This document shows positions 8,772 to 17,969 of a stretch of DNA of 32,000 nucleotides, piece after piece. Source of the stretch: Candidatus Heimdallarchaeota archaeon B3_Heim (GTDB taxonomy: Archaea; Asgardarchaeota; Heimdallarchaeia; Hodarchaeales; Hodarchaeaceae); NCBI GenBank assembly GCA_003144275.1, contig NJBF01000020.1, positions 30,001 through 62,000 of the forward strand, given 5' to 3'. The position numbers and the translations under genes were made by a program. The notes under the pieces are model-generated. The model did not search any database. It had not been told where the DNA came from and saw only the letters and a list, made by a program, of their open reading frames with translations. The first letter of the stretch is position 1, and every line of letters begins with the position of its first letter.

Positions 8772-11700
8772 TTATTTTTCCTTTAGATTTTTAGATCTTT
8801 TCAGAATTACAAAGCCTACCAACAACGACCACAACATGAAATCCCACTGAAAACCTGAGCTATTCTTAGTTTTCTCTGTTACCGTTCCTATGTTAAAAAC
8901 AAACGAAATTGAGGCCGAATTACCCGCAAGATCATAAACGGTTACCCGTATAGTGTAGGAGCCTGTTTCATAATTGTCTGGAGTAAGATCTTTTTCTATG
9001 TAATATCCTGAACTTGTGATATTTATTTTTGGACCACTAAAACCAATTTTATTACCATTGAGAGTCATTTCTGCGGAAAATTGATCGATACCCGATCCAT
9101 CATCGCGGAACCAGAATATAATTTCAGTAGTTTCCACTAGGTAGGAGTTATTTTCCATTCCCCTCATCCCTATGACGGGTGCTGTTTCATCGGTAATTAT
9201 TTCAAAAGATACAACTTCAGAGTTCCATGTAAAGTTGAAAAGATGCACTCCTTGAGTTAGTGGGTAAGTAAAATTATACCAACCATTTAAACCAGTTTCT
9301 GGTATTTCTGTTGTTATATCGGACTCAACACCGAATGTAGAATTACGATAAGATCCAGAAATGCTTACTGAATTATTTGGTAAATAATTCGTCGAAGCGT
9401 GAAGCGAAACGGTTACAACATCATCTGTCACTTCATAAAACCCGTATAATTGGGATTCAGCTGAAATATAAGCTAGAATATCTGATACCAGAAAATTATT
9501 GAATAATGTGTTTGTATATTCAAACCCTTCATTTATCTCATTATTATAACCACGATTGGTAATAAAATTACTTCCCGAAACAACAACAACCCTTCCACCT
9601 AGGGGATAATCATAGGATGCCATAACAACATTCTCCCGTTGGTTCAGATAAGCAAGGGGGGTTGCGGTATTTGTCAACTCAAAATAGGATCCAGATGCAT
9701 CAAAATACTCTGTTGATGTTCCAATGGAATTGAAATGGGTTAATTGCGCAGGAGTAGTACCAAAAGACGGTGATAATTCACTTGTCTGTATACCCCATTT
9801 TTTCATCATATTCTCCATTCCTATTGGGGTGGTATAAGGTGTGAGTATTAGCCCACCTCCACTACTAACGAATGAAGTGATTGCGGATTGTTCAGACGCT
9901 GATAGAACAGTTAAAGTATCTTCGGATATTACTAAATCAATTGCTGATAAATATTCCCACGTTTGAGTTGTACGATTATCGGCTGCAAACCATAGGACAT
10001 CATAGTTAGAAAGTGCTTGAGGAGTAATCTCAGATTTATTTTCATTGAGAACTATTCCTTGCTTACTTAGATCTATTTTTAGATCCAGAAATTTTCCCTT
10101 GGTATTATATGAAAACACTGGTCTATTCCCGGTATAGAATAATACTTTTTGTTTAGCAGGCTCCACATTTATAGTGAAGGAAATCCGTTGGATTTCTGTC
10201 GAATTAACTTGAAACAAAATATCCCCAGAATAAAGCCCAAGTGGCTCATTATCTGCAACATTCACCTCGAGAACAATATCATGTGAGAAGTATTCAGATA
10301 ATTTACTTGTTGCTAAATCATTGTGGCTACTCTTTAAGGACTCAGAATCATTGACCCACTGTTGTTCTTTCAACGTAATAATTGAAGAAAGATTTCCAGT
10401 TGTCTGGATGGACACGTTCACAGTTTCTGATGATGTGAACGAAAATAATTCAGAAAAGTAGGAACCTTGAAGCACGTTAGGAAATTTCATGAAACCTAAT
10501 TCTTTAGGATTGACGGTTCCTGTTATTATATGATTCCCAACTCTTGGAGCAGCCAAAAGATATTCGTACGCGGCTGAGGCATTAACCTGACCCGCGCCTT
10601 GTGCGTTTAGATCCACTCCAATATCTGTAGCAGTAGCCATAAGTGCAGCTTTTATCGTTCCTGGGTTTACATCAAGATTATGTTCTCTCATTGCTCCAAG
10701 AAGAATCGCTGAGACACCTGCAACATGAGGAGCGGAAAATGATGTACCTTGAGGGGTACCATATCCACCTTGCACAGCGGGAGTTGGAACAGCAGTACCT
10801 GGTGCAATCACATCAGGAGAAACTGCATCTGTCCTCCAGATGGGACCACGACTGCTATAAGTTGCCATTGCTTGCATTCCTTCATTTGTTGCTCCAACAG
10901 TAATTTCATCAACAAAATTGTCAGCAGAGATTGTATACATAGTTCCCCCATCATTACCAGCGGAATGTACAAAAATTACTCCTTGTTTTGTTGCTTGACG
11001 AATTGTAGCTAATCTTAGTTGATATCCAGGATATAAAATCAAGTCCCAATAAGCTTCTTCGCCATCTGAAATCCCATAACTCCGATTAATGACATCTACA
11101 CCATTTTCTATTGCCCAATTAATCGCAGCAATTTCACCTATGAGAGTCATATCTAACAAATCTTCTGGGCCTTCATCAACATCGGCATCTAAAATCCACG
11201 ATTCAGTAGCTATTCCTTGGTTACTCACTGTTTGAATTCCACCACCAGCAGCAATTCCAGCGACCCATGTACCATGAGATCCCGCAATATTATCCAAATC
11301 TTCCTCATTACCATAAGTAGTATTAACAAATCCCTCTGCTGCCTTGATACGGGATGTACCATTTGCAAAACTAAAATCAGGATGACTAGCATTTATACCT
11401 TCATCAATAATACAGATTGTCGTCCCTTGTCCCTTATAACCTAGCTCCCATAATTTATCTACACCAATAACTTGAGCTGATACTAATGATTGAACAGATG
11501 GATTAACAACTGAATATTGATCGTGTCGAGAATTGGGGATAAAATTACCCTTATTACCCGAAGTAATAGGATAAAAGTTCTGATATGCCAGATATGCATT
11601 ATCTCTTACTATTGAAGCTAATTCGGTGGAAGTAGCTTTGATTGTAACCCCTAATAGTCCGTTAAAATTAAGCCCTGTATCATATCTAGATATAAAACTA

Positions 11701-11930
11701 GTATATTCTGATGATTTTTCGAAGAAAATCAAATAGATACTCTCTTCAGTCCCTTGAATTTCTAGAACCTCTTTTTCTAAAACCTCTACCTCTTTGGAAA
11801 TACTTGAAATATCAATCATTTGCTCAGAAGATGAGATATTCAAAATAATATTAGATTTACTCGTTAAAATCACAAAAAGTAATATGAAGATTGGTGTAAA
11901 TTTTAGTAACTTGCTATACCTTGTCATCAA
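8772..11930 (-). CDS. Secreted, membrane-anchored S8 (subtilisin-like) serine protease with Ig-like and GATase-like (DUF4350-type) domains; MBTPS1/site-1-protease-like architecture
   Basis: Signal peptide; triad D176 (IIDEG), H219 (HGTWVAG), S397 (GTSFSAP); oxyanion SAGNDG; many N-x-S/T sequons; C-terminal hydrophobic segment with a basic tail. Confidence 0.9.
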   Translation of the reverse strand: MMTRYSKLLKFTPIFILLFVILTSKSNIILNISSSEQMIDISSISKEVEVLEKEVLEIQGTEESIYLIFFEKSSEYTSFISRYDTGLNFNGLLGVTIKATSTELASIVRDNAYLAYQNFYPITSGNKGNFIPNSRHDQYSVVNPSVQSLVSAQVIGVDKLWELGYKGQGTTICIIDEGINASHPDFSFANGTSRIKAAEGFVNTTYGNEEDLDNIAGSHGTWVAGIAAGGGIQTVSNQGIATESWILDADVDEGPEDLLDMTLIGEIAAINWAIENGVDVINRSYGISDGEEAYWDLILYPGYQLRLATIRQATKQGVIFVHSAGNDGGTMYTISADNFVDEITVGATNEGMQAMATYSSRGPIWRTDAVSPDVIAPGTAVPTPAVQGGYGTPQGTSFSAPHVAGVSAILLGAMREHNLDVNPGTIKAALMATATDIGVDLNAQGAGQVNASAAYEYLLAAPRVGNHIITGTVNPKELGFMKFPNVLQGSYFSELFSFTSSETVNVSIQTTGNLSSIITLKEQQWVNDSESLKSSHNDLATSKLSEYFSHDIVLEVNVADNEPLGLYSGDILFQVNSTEIQRISFTINVEPAKQKVLFYTGNRPVFSYNTKGKFLDLKIDLSKQGIVLNENKSEITPQALSNYDVLWFAADNRTTQTWEYLSAIDLVISEDTLTVLSASEQSAITSFVSSGGGLILTPYTTPIGMENMMKKWGIQTSELSPSFGTTPAQLTHFNSIGTSTEYFDASGSYFELTNTATPLAYLNQRENVVMASYDYPLGGRVVVVSGSNFITNRGYNNEINEGFEYTNTLFNNFLVSDILAYISAESQLYGFYEVTDDVVTVSLHASTNYLPNNSVSISGSYRNSTFGVESDITTEIPETGLNGWYNFTYPLTQGVHLFNFTWNSEVVSFEIITDETAPVIGMRGMENNSYLVETTEIIFWFRDDGSGIDQFSAEMTLNGNKIGFSGPKINITSSGYYIEKDLTPDNYETGSYTIRVTVYDLAGNSASISFVFNIGTVTEKTKNSSGFQWDFMLWSLLVGFVILKRSKNLKEK

Positions 11931-12431
11931 TGGTCATTCCACGTTTTTATTTTGTTTCAACGCCGATATACACTTTGTCGGTGATTAAAGTACCGAGTAA
12001 GTGTTCTCTTATTTTACCTCTAAATTCTTTCCTAAGTGTAAAAACGGACTCAATCTTTCGAATTCAAACCAGAATAAATAAATTCTCAAATAAATGTATT
12101 CGATGAATTTAGACAATTAAAAGAACCTTTTTATTCACAAAAACTTTGTAATTCTTGTTTTTTCGCTCTTAACTCTGATTCAATTAAATCAAGTTTATTC
12201 AATTATTCATTAAAAGGATTAAAAGAGAATAATAATATGCTTAAATTCAAGTTTCTCGAATAAAGGGAATTAGAATGATTTAAATATGGAATTACACATG
12301 TAATAATCGAATGAAATCAAAATCGCTCTCATATGGTTTTGTTGTCTGTTGAATTCCTAATCATAAACGTTTAGTACATTAAATAATTAACAGGGAAAGA
12401 AAGCAATATTAAAGAGATAGAGGCTTAATTT

Positions 12432-13151
12432 TTGGCTTTACTGACAAACATATTAACAAAATGGTTTAAAAAACCAGCTGAACCAACAGAAAAGGAAATG
12501 ATTAAAGATTTCATTCAAGAACTTGACTCTGTCCTAATATCTATGGAAGAAATGACAGAAGATATGACAAACGGTTTTAGCGACCAGGTAATTCAACGAC
12601 GACCACTCTCGACAAAACTCATGGCTTATTTACCGAAATTTATGCAATCTAAAAATACTCGATCCCAAAATGAGAAATTAATTGAATTGAAGAATACAAA
12701 ACAGAAAATGCGTACATTAAGGGGAACATTATCTAAAATTGATGAATCTGTTGATTCAATGGATCTCCATGCTGCTCCCCTTGAGGGAGAAGAGGTCGGG
12801 AGTAGAATTTACGAGCTTGCCTATCCTGGAGAGACAATAACCTCTTCAAAAGTGAGAACATTAGAGGAAAGGCTGCAAATGCTTGAAAATTCGTTTTTAG
12901 CTTCAATGGACCAAATAAATGGGCAGATGAATCAGATATCATCAAATTTGCTAACACTAACTCAAAGACTTGAGGAACAAGGGGTAAAAATAGACCGTAT
13001 TGATGAAAAAATTACCGATGTTCAATCAAAATTACAAAAAATCCAATCTACTTTGGCAAAAATATCTCGGAAACTGACTCAAAACAGAACACTATTAGCA
13101 CTTTTGGTTGGGTCTGTAATTGCTCTCGTGATTGTCATAGTCATCCTTTGA
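12432..13151 (+). CDS. Tail-anchored Qc-SNARE-like coiled-coil protein
   Basis: Heptad layers are centred on Q183 (RLEEQGVKIDRI); a single TM helix (221-239) sits at the extreme C-terminus; the N-terminus is helical. TTG start after a GAGG RBS. Confidence 0.75.
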   Translation: MALLTNILTKWFKKPAEPTEKEMIKDFIQELDSVLISMEEMTEDMTNGFSDQVIQRRPLSTKLMAYLPKFMQSKNTRSQNEKLIELKNTKQKMRTLRGTLSKIDESVDSMDLHAAPLEGEEVGSRIYELAYPGETITSSKVRTLEERLQMLENSFLASMDQINGQMNQISSNLLTLTQRLEEQGVKIDRIDEKITDVQSKLQKIQSTLAKISRKLTQNRTLLALLVGSVIALVIVIVIL

Positions 13152-13288
13152 GCGTAAAAGAATACTGAAAATGTTAGTTAAAATGAGACCCCAGAAAATA
13201 TAAGAAAAAGAATATAAGGAATAAGGAAAATAAGGATTGTTGAGTGGAAGAATGAATAGAAGGTTAAACAGAATTAGGTGAAGACTGG

Positions 13289-13762
13289 ATGCAACAAAGA
13301 GACGAAATACACCGCGAGTTAACTCGTCTATTAAAAAGTGATACATCAATTAAAGTGACTTTACTAGGTGATAGAACAGGTTTAACGATTGCTAGAGCCT
13401 CAAGACTATTAGTATCAGCAACTATGGGAGCATTTGATCTTGAAAGTATTGGAGCGATTGCTTCTGCGGTGTTTTGCGGCGCAGCAGAACAAGGAAGTGC
13501 CTTAACTCTTGGGGAGCTTGGTATTATGTTGGCTGAATTCACTGATGGCAAAATATTGACCGCTCAAAGTGGAGAAAGAGGAGTTTTAGTAGTAGTCGCA
13601 GAATCAGATGCTCAATTGGGGTTGATCCGAATGCGGATGAAAGAATCATCAGAGTCGTTAGCCTCACTCATGGATAGATTAATAGAGCCATCTGCCGTTA
13701 AAATGAAGAAACCCGAATCTCAATCAATAATGGCCGCACTTAAAGAACTCGAAAACTTTTAA
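13289..13762 (+). CDS. Roadblock/LC7 (MglB/LAMTOR2-like) domain protein
   Basis: 'TLLGDRTGLTIA...ESIGAIASAVFCGAAEQGSALTLGELGIMLAEFTDGKILTAQSGERGVLVVVAESDAQLGLIRMRMKESSESL' matches the Roadblock pattern (DxxGL.I, xxaAxxs, L.VVa.xxA.LGL.r..m). AGGTGA RBS. Confidence 0.88.
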   Translation: MQQRDEIHRELTRLLKSDTSIKVTLLGDRTGLTIARASRLLVSATMGAFDLESIGAIASAVFCGAAEQGSALTLGELGIMLAEFTDGKILTAQSGERGVLVVVAESDAQLGLIRMRMKESSESLASLMDRLIEPSAVKMKKPESQSIMAALKELENF

Positions 13763-13775
13763 CCGTCCAACGATT

Positions 13776-13787
13776 ACTTTTTTTTTC
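13776..13787 (+). terminator. Oligo-T putative archaeal terminator after the Roadblock gene
   Basis: Run of 9 T about 15 nt after the stop codon at 13762. Confidence 0.4.
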
Positions 13788-13857
13788 TGCTACATTTATG
13801 TTATTAGTAATATGTAAATCACTTTAATTTATGTAACTAGAAATAGAAGGTTTAGAA

Positions 13858-14469
13858 GTGCCTTATTCCCAACTAGATGACGTTATTTTGAAGTTAACTG
13901 ATGAAGTTACGGTTCAAGTCCTAAATATTTTATTAGAAGAAAGAGAAATTATTGATGAAGACATTGTGAATATTCTAAATGAGGGATTGGATCAAGGGAA
14001 TCAAGAGACTGAGGCCCCTGAAGAAAACAATATTCCGAGGATTGCTCTCAAAGAAGTCAGAAAATCACTATATAAATTAAATGAAAGATCTCTCGCAAGG
14101 TACCGACGAGTACGTGATAAAGAAACGGGTTATTTTGTATATTACTGGTCACCTATTTGGGAAAGGATTCGAGACTTAATTGTCAGTCGTCGGAAGCAAA
14201 CAATAAAGAAATTGAAGCAACGCTTAGACTATGAACAACGAAACCTTCTTTATGTGTGTGAAGAAGGACATACACCAGTTACTTTTTCTGATGCATTTGA
14301 ATTTGGATTTTTATGCACCGTCTGTGGACAAGAACTTGCTCAAAAGGAGAACGCAGAGACAATTGCAATTCTACAAACCAAGATAACCGAGCTAAAAAAG
14401 ATTCTCAAAACAGGTTTAGAAGAAATAGAGGGGATTGAAGAGAGAATGGAAAAGGCTGTCAACAGCTAA
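13858..14469 (+). CDS. tfe: Transcription initiation factor E (TFE/TFIIE-alpha)
   Basis: Winged HTH 'EVRKSLYKL...LARYRRVRDKETGYFVYYW'; Zn ribbon 'YVCEEGH...FSDAFEFGFLCTVCG'. GTG start. Confidence 0.9.
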   Translation: MPYSQLDDVILKLTDEVTVQVLNILLEEREIIDEDIVNILNEGLDQGNQETEAPEENNIPRIALKEVRKSLYKLNERSLARYRRVRDKETGYFVYYWSPIWERIRDLIVSRRKQTIKKLKQRLDYEQRNLLYVCEEGHTPVTFSDAFEFGFLCTVCGQELAQKENAETIAILQTKITELKKILKTGLEEIEGIEERMEKAVNS

Positions 14470-14479
14470 AACATCGATA

Positions 14480-15529
14480 TTAAAAAGCTCTTTTTACCGA
14501 AAAATCGGCAACTTGTTCCAATAATTCATGCATGGATTTATCTCGAAATTCTAGCTTTGCAATGTTCATTTTTGCTTCATTAGCCCATTTTTGTGCTTCA
14601 TTCATAACAAATTCTTTTACATTAGATTTCTCGATTAAAGGGTTACATTTGCTAATACGCTCTTCATCAGAAATTTTTTGATCGGTTAGGCAATCTTTCA
14701 ATATCTGAGCATCTGTAGAATCCAATAATCTTAGAGCTTGCACGATTACGAAGTTTCCTAATTTCTGTTCAATTATATCTTTAAATATGACTTTTCCAAA
14801 TGTATCTGCAGTAGAAAAAATATCCAAATAATCATCTGCTATTTGAAACGCTATACCTGCAGCCCATCCATAATTCTCTGCGCAGTTTTGTTCATCTAGG
14901 GAAGCTCCAGCCACCATAGCGCCTAATTTACATGCAGCTGCTAATAAGGCTGCTGTTTTACCTCTAATCATTTCTAAATAGTCTTCTAAGGTCACATCCG
15001 TATATCGATTTGATTGAAAGTACTCATTTTCTATGTCTTCTTTCTGTTCAAATAGAATGTCCAAACGTTCTCCTTCTGTTAAATGACGGATAGTTTTTGA
15101 ATACACATCAATTGTATTAGTGAAGTTTTCACCAGTGGCTTTTGCGGCGTCATAAATGGCTTCTCTATAAATTATTGCAGCTAAAATGGCAAATTTATCA
15201 CCAAATTTCGCTCTAGTTGTTTTTTCCCCTCGTCTAAGATCTCCTCGATCAATAATATCGTCTAGAATTAGTGAATACGTATGTATTAGTTCAATACCTG
15301 CAGCTGCAGATCTAGATTCGAGATCATTACTTGAAGCACCGAATGCACGCGCAAATAGGAGGGTTAAAGCTGGACGTAGTCTTTTTCCCCCAGTTTTTGT
15401 TTGCCATTTGACTAAATCTATAAAATCAGAATGAATATCTTTGAGAAGAAATTCATACATTTTTTCTTCAACAGACCTACCTAAGACACTTAATTCGGAA
15501 AAAACTTCGCTAAAATCTGAATTATTCAT
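14480..15529 (-). CDS. idsA: Geranylgeranyl diphosphate synthase (short-chain trans-isoprenyl diphosphate synthase)
   Basis: GGKRLRP; FARM 'HTYSLILDDIID' with an aromatic Y five residues before the first D (short-chain product); RRG; KTA; SARM 'AFQIADDYLD'. Confidence 0.9.
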   Translation of the reverse strand: MNNSDFSEVFSELSVLGRSVEEKMYEFLLKDIHSDFIDLVKWQTKTGGKRLRPALTLLFARAFGASSNDLESRSAAAGIELIHTYSLILDDIIDRGDLRRGEKTTRAKFGDKFAILAAIIYREAIYDAAKATGENFTNTIDVYSKTIRHLTEGERLDILFEQKEDIENEYFQSNRYTDVTLEDYLEMIRGKTAALLAAACKLGAMVAGASLDEQNCAENYGWAAGIAFQIADDYLDIFSTADTFGKVIFKDIIEQKLGNFVIVQALRLLDSTDAQILKDCLTDQKISDEERISKCNPLIEKSNVKEFVMNEAQKWANEAKMNIAKLEFRDKSMHELLEQVADFSVKRAF

Positions 15530-15710
15530 TTTTAATTCACCTGTTACTTTAATAATTATGTTTACTATTGTTTTCGTTCAAGAATGAGCAACTTACAAGT
15601 TTCACACTTATTCGTGCATTTGAAATACGCTTAAATTAAATTTATCCTAGATATTCTCATAGTAAAATTATCAGTCGCTTGGGTAAATTATTAGCCAATA
15701 TCTTATAGCG

Positions 15711-16448
15711 TCATAAATCTTGTTCCAGATTTCTAGAAGCTAAGATCCATGATATAGCCTGTTCTAATGAATCAACAACAGTTGAAGGAGCGCTGTAGCG
15801 AAGTAATACTGCTTTACTAACCAATCCTGTTGTTAAACCAATTGTATCTACACCAGCATCATTTCCCGCGAGAATATCTACAGGCATATCACCGAGAAAA
15901 TAACAATGTTGAGGGCTCGTTGAACATGCTTCAATAGCCATAAGAAGCCCTTCGGGATCAGGTTTTATTCTAAGCACATCATCTCTCGAAATCAAAGCAT
16001 CTGGATGAAAAAATTCCTTGATTCCGTGTTTTTCTATCGTTTCTACTAATTGTTTTCGAGAAGCATTTGTACAGATACCTAATTGAAACCCATGGTTTAT
16101 TAGTTTAGAGAGACTTAATTTTACATCCGGGAAAAGTGGAGCGTTCTCATATACAGATTTAACTTTTCTAATGCAATTCAAAGCAAAATAAATAGCTTTT
16201 AAACGCCCCAGACTCATTTCTCTCCCAATTCTCCAAAAAATGTAGAATATAAGTCTAATTCCACTATTAGTTTGAGGAGCTTGAAATTTTTTTAATAAAT
16301 AAACACCAATTGTCTCCATTGATTCTGGGGTCACACTTACTCCTGTTTTTTCAAGATTAGAAATGATAATCTTATTGAATGATCGCATAGAATCGAGTAA
16401 GGTTCCATCTAGGTCGAAAATTGCTGCAAACGTTGAAGGATGTTTCAT
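15711..16448 (-). CDS. HAD-superfamily subfamily IA hydrolase (phosphoglycolate phosphatase-like)
   Basis: Motif I FDLDGTLLDS, motif II CTN, motif III KPDP, motif IV LGDMPVDILAG. Confidence 0.88.
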   Translation of the reverse strand: MKHPSTFAAIFDLDGTLLDSMRSFNKIIISNLEKTGVSVTPESMETIGVYLLKKFQAPQTNSGIRLIFYIFWRIGREMSLGRLKAIYFALNCIRKVKSVYENAPLFPDVKLSLSKLINHGFQLGICTNASRKQLVETIEKHGIKEFFHPDALISRDDVLRIKPDPEGLLMAIEACSTSPQHCYFLGDMPVDILAGNDAGVDTIGLTTGLVSKAVLLRYSAPSTVVDSLEQAISWILASRNLEQDL

Positions 16449-16845
16449 CTGCGCTTAAATTCGTGAAGTTAACATTCGTAAATAAGCGATTTGTTACGGA
16501 TATCTTTACTTCAATCTCAATTATGAATCTGATAATGAAAAACCTGATACGGTGACTTTTTGTAGGACCAAATTTTGTTTAATCATTCATACACAGCTTA
16601 GGTAACGCTCTTTTTTTACAATCAGCAGGATTCGTTAATCAATCTCTTTTCCTATTTTATAACTAACAATTGTTTCAAATTCCAAGATTTTACTAATAGG
16701 ATACTACAAAAAGTCAAAATACACCCAGAAAATTCCTGCAAAGATAATTTATATTTCAGAGGTTTTCAGTGATGTAGAGTCTGAAGGGTTTTTCTGCTAT
16801 CAAACTGACACCAGTGCCAAGCACTGAAGGTTTAATTTTATACAC

Positions 16846-17808
16846 GTGATATATATGACGAAAGCTTTTGAAGTTCAAGATCTACGAAATTTAAGAGAAG
16901 AAATCGTACAACTTCGTGATCAAAAAGCTGATTTACTCAGTAATCTCCGAAAATTGGAAAAAGAGCGAAATCAAAAACGTGAAGAGAGGGATAATCTCAA
17001 TAAGTTGGCATCTGAGAATTTCGCTAAAGTAAGAGGATTAAAGGATCAACGCGATAAAAATAACCGTTCAATCCAAGAATTAAAAGCAGTTCGTCGTAGC
17101 GTTCTTGAAGAAATGAAGGAGCTTATAGAAAAAGCCAAATCCTTACAGGAAGAGATAGTATCAATGGATATCACGGAGCAGGATATCAAAAAATCTTACA
17201 GTCTTCGAAAACGCATTGATAGTTTAGATTGGAAAATACAAACAACTTCCAGAATGGGGATTGCAGAAGAACGACAACTAACTGAGCAAGTGAATATGTT
17301 AATGGAGCAATTGGGTGACATCTCTGTATCTACTGAAAAGCTTAAGGCGCGAAAAGAAATAAATAGGGAAATTAACCATCTTAGAGGCTTTTTAGATCAT
17401 AGTTGGAAAGACTTCCAAGAATTAGTGGAGAATTCCCAGAGGTCACACCAAGAATTAACCGAACTCTATGATACTGGAAAAAAAGCAAAAGATGAAGCTG
17501 ATACCTGTCATAAATTATTCTTGGAGAGAGCAGATGAAATACGAACTCTTCGGGATGAATTCCGTGGGTTGAATAAATCACTGAGAGAAAAATCTAGTAT
17601 CTTTAGAGAACAAAATCGTGCCCAAAAAGAACGTGTTCAGCTTGAACGAGAAAAAGCTAGTGCTGAAATACTAGAAGAGCAAAAAGCCATTATTCAGGAG
17701 AAATTAAGCTCCAAAAAGAAGAAAGTCTTGTCTATTGAAGAAATGCGAATAATGATGAGTCAAGATCCAGATTTTTTAAGTAACGATGATGTTCTTGAAG
17801 AAGAATAG
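16846..17808 (+). CDS. Archaeal long coiled-coil protein (COG1340-like)
   Basis: Continuous heptads; 'RDNLN...RD..N' N-terminus and central 'LDWKIQTTSRMGIAEERQLTEQV' resemble the recalled COG1340 family. Confidence 0.7.
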   Translation: MIYMTKAFEVQDLRNLREEIVQLRDQKADLLSNLRKLEKERNQKREERDNLNKLASENFAKVRGLKDQRDKNNRSIQELKAVRRSVLEEMKELIEKAKSLQEEIVSMDITEQDIKKSYSLRKRIDSLDWKIQTTSRMGIAEERQLTEQVNMLMEQLGDISVSTEKLKARKEINREINHLRGFLDHSWKDFQELVENSQRSHQELTELYDTGKKAKDEADTCHKLFLERADEIRTLRDEFRGLNKSLREKSSIFREQNRAQKERVQLEREKASAEILEEQKAIIQEKLSSKKKKVLSIEEMRIMMSQDPDFLSNDDVLEEE

Positions 17809-17876
17809 CAATTTCATCACCTCCAAATCCGGCTGAGATAATTTAACCACTATTTTTCTAATCAACTTTTGTGGGT

Positions 17877-17908
17877 CTAGTGCAAGAGCTCATTGCATAG
17901 CTATATAT
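17877..17908 (+). promoter_or_regulatory. Imperfect inverted repeat abutting a TATA-like box upstream of the regulator-grpE-dnaK-dnaJ operon
   Basis: CTAG-TGCAA-gagctca-TTGCA-TAG followed directly by CTATATAT. Confidence 0.35.
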
Positions 17909-17969
17909 GTGAGGCTCTATATTGTCCGAAGTGGTTAGAAACGGATAATAAAGGGAGACACAAATTTCT

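Noticed and set aside
13205-13240. Three AATAAGG units in the SNARE-Roadblock spacer
   Set aside because: Too short and irregularly spaced for a CRISPR array or iteron; consistent with low-complexity purine-rich DNA. An in-frame stop at 13265 also rules out an N-terminal extension of the Roadblock protein.
16846-17808. Coiled-coil protein as a possible ESCRT-III, SMC or SNARE partner
   Set aside because: No TM anchor, no Walker motifs and no Snf7-like pattern; it fits the ordinary archaeal COG1340-like family.
17860-17945. CIRCE or HSR1-type operator upstream of the dnaK operon
   Set aside because: Neither TTAGCACTC-N9-GAGTGCTAA nor a full CTAAC-N5-GTTAG is present; only a GTTAG half-site is seen.
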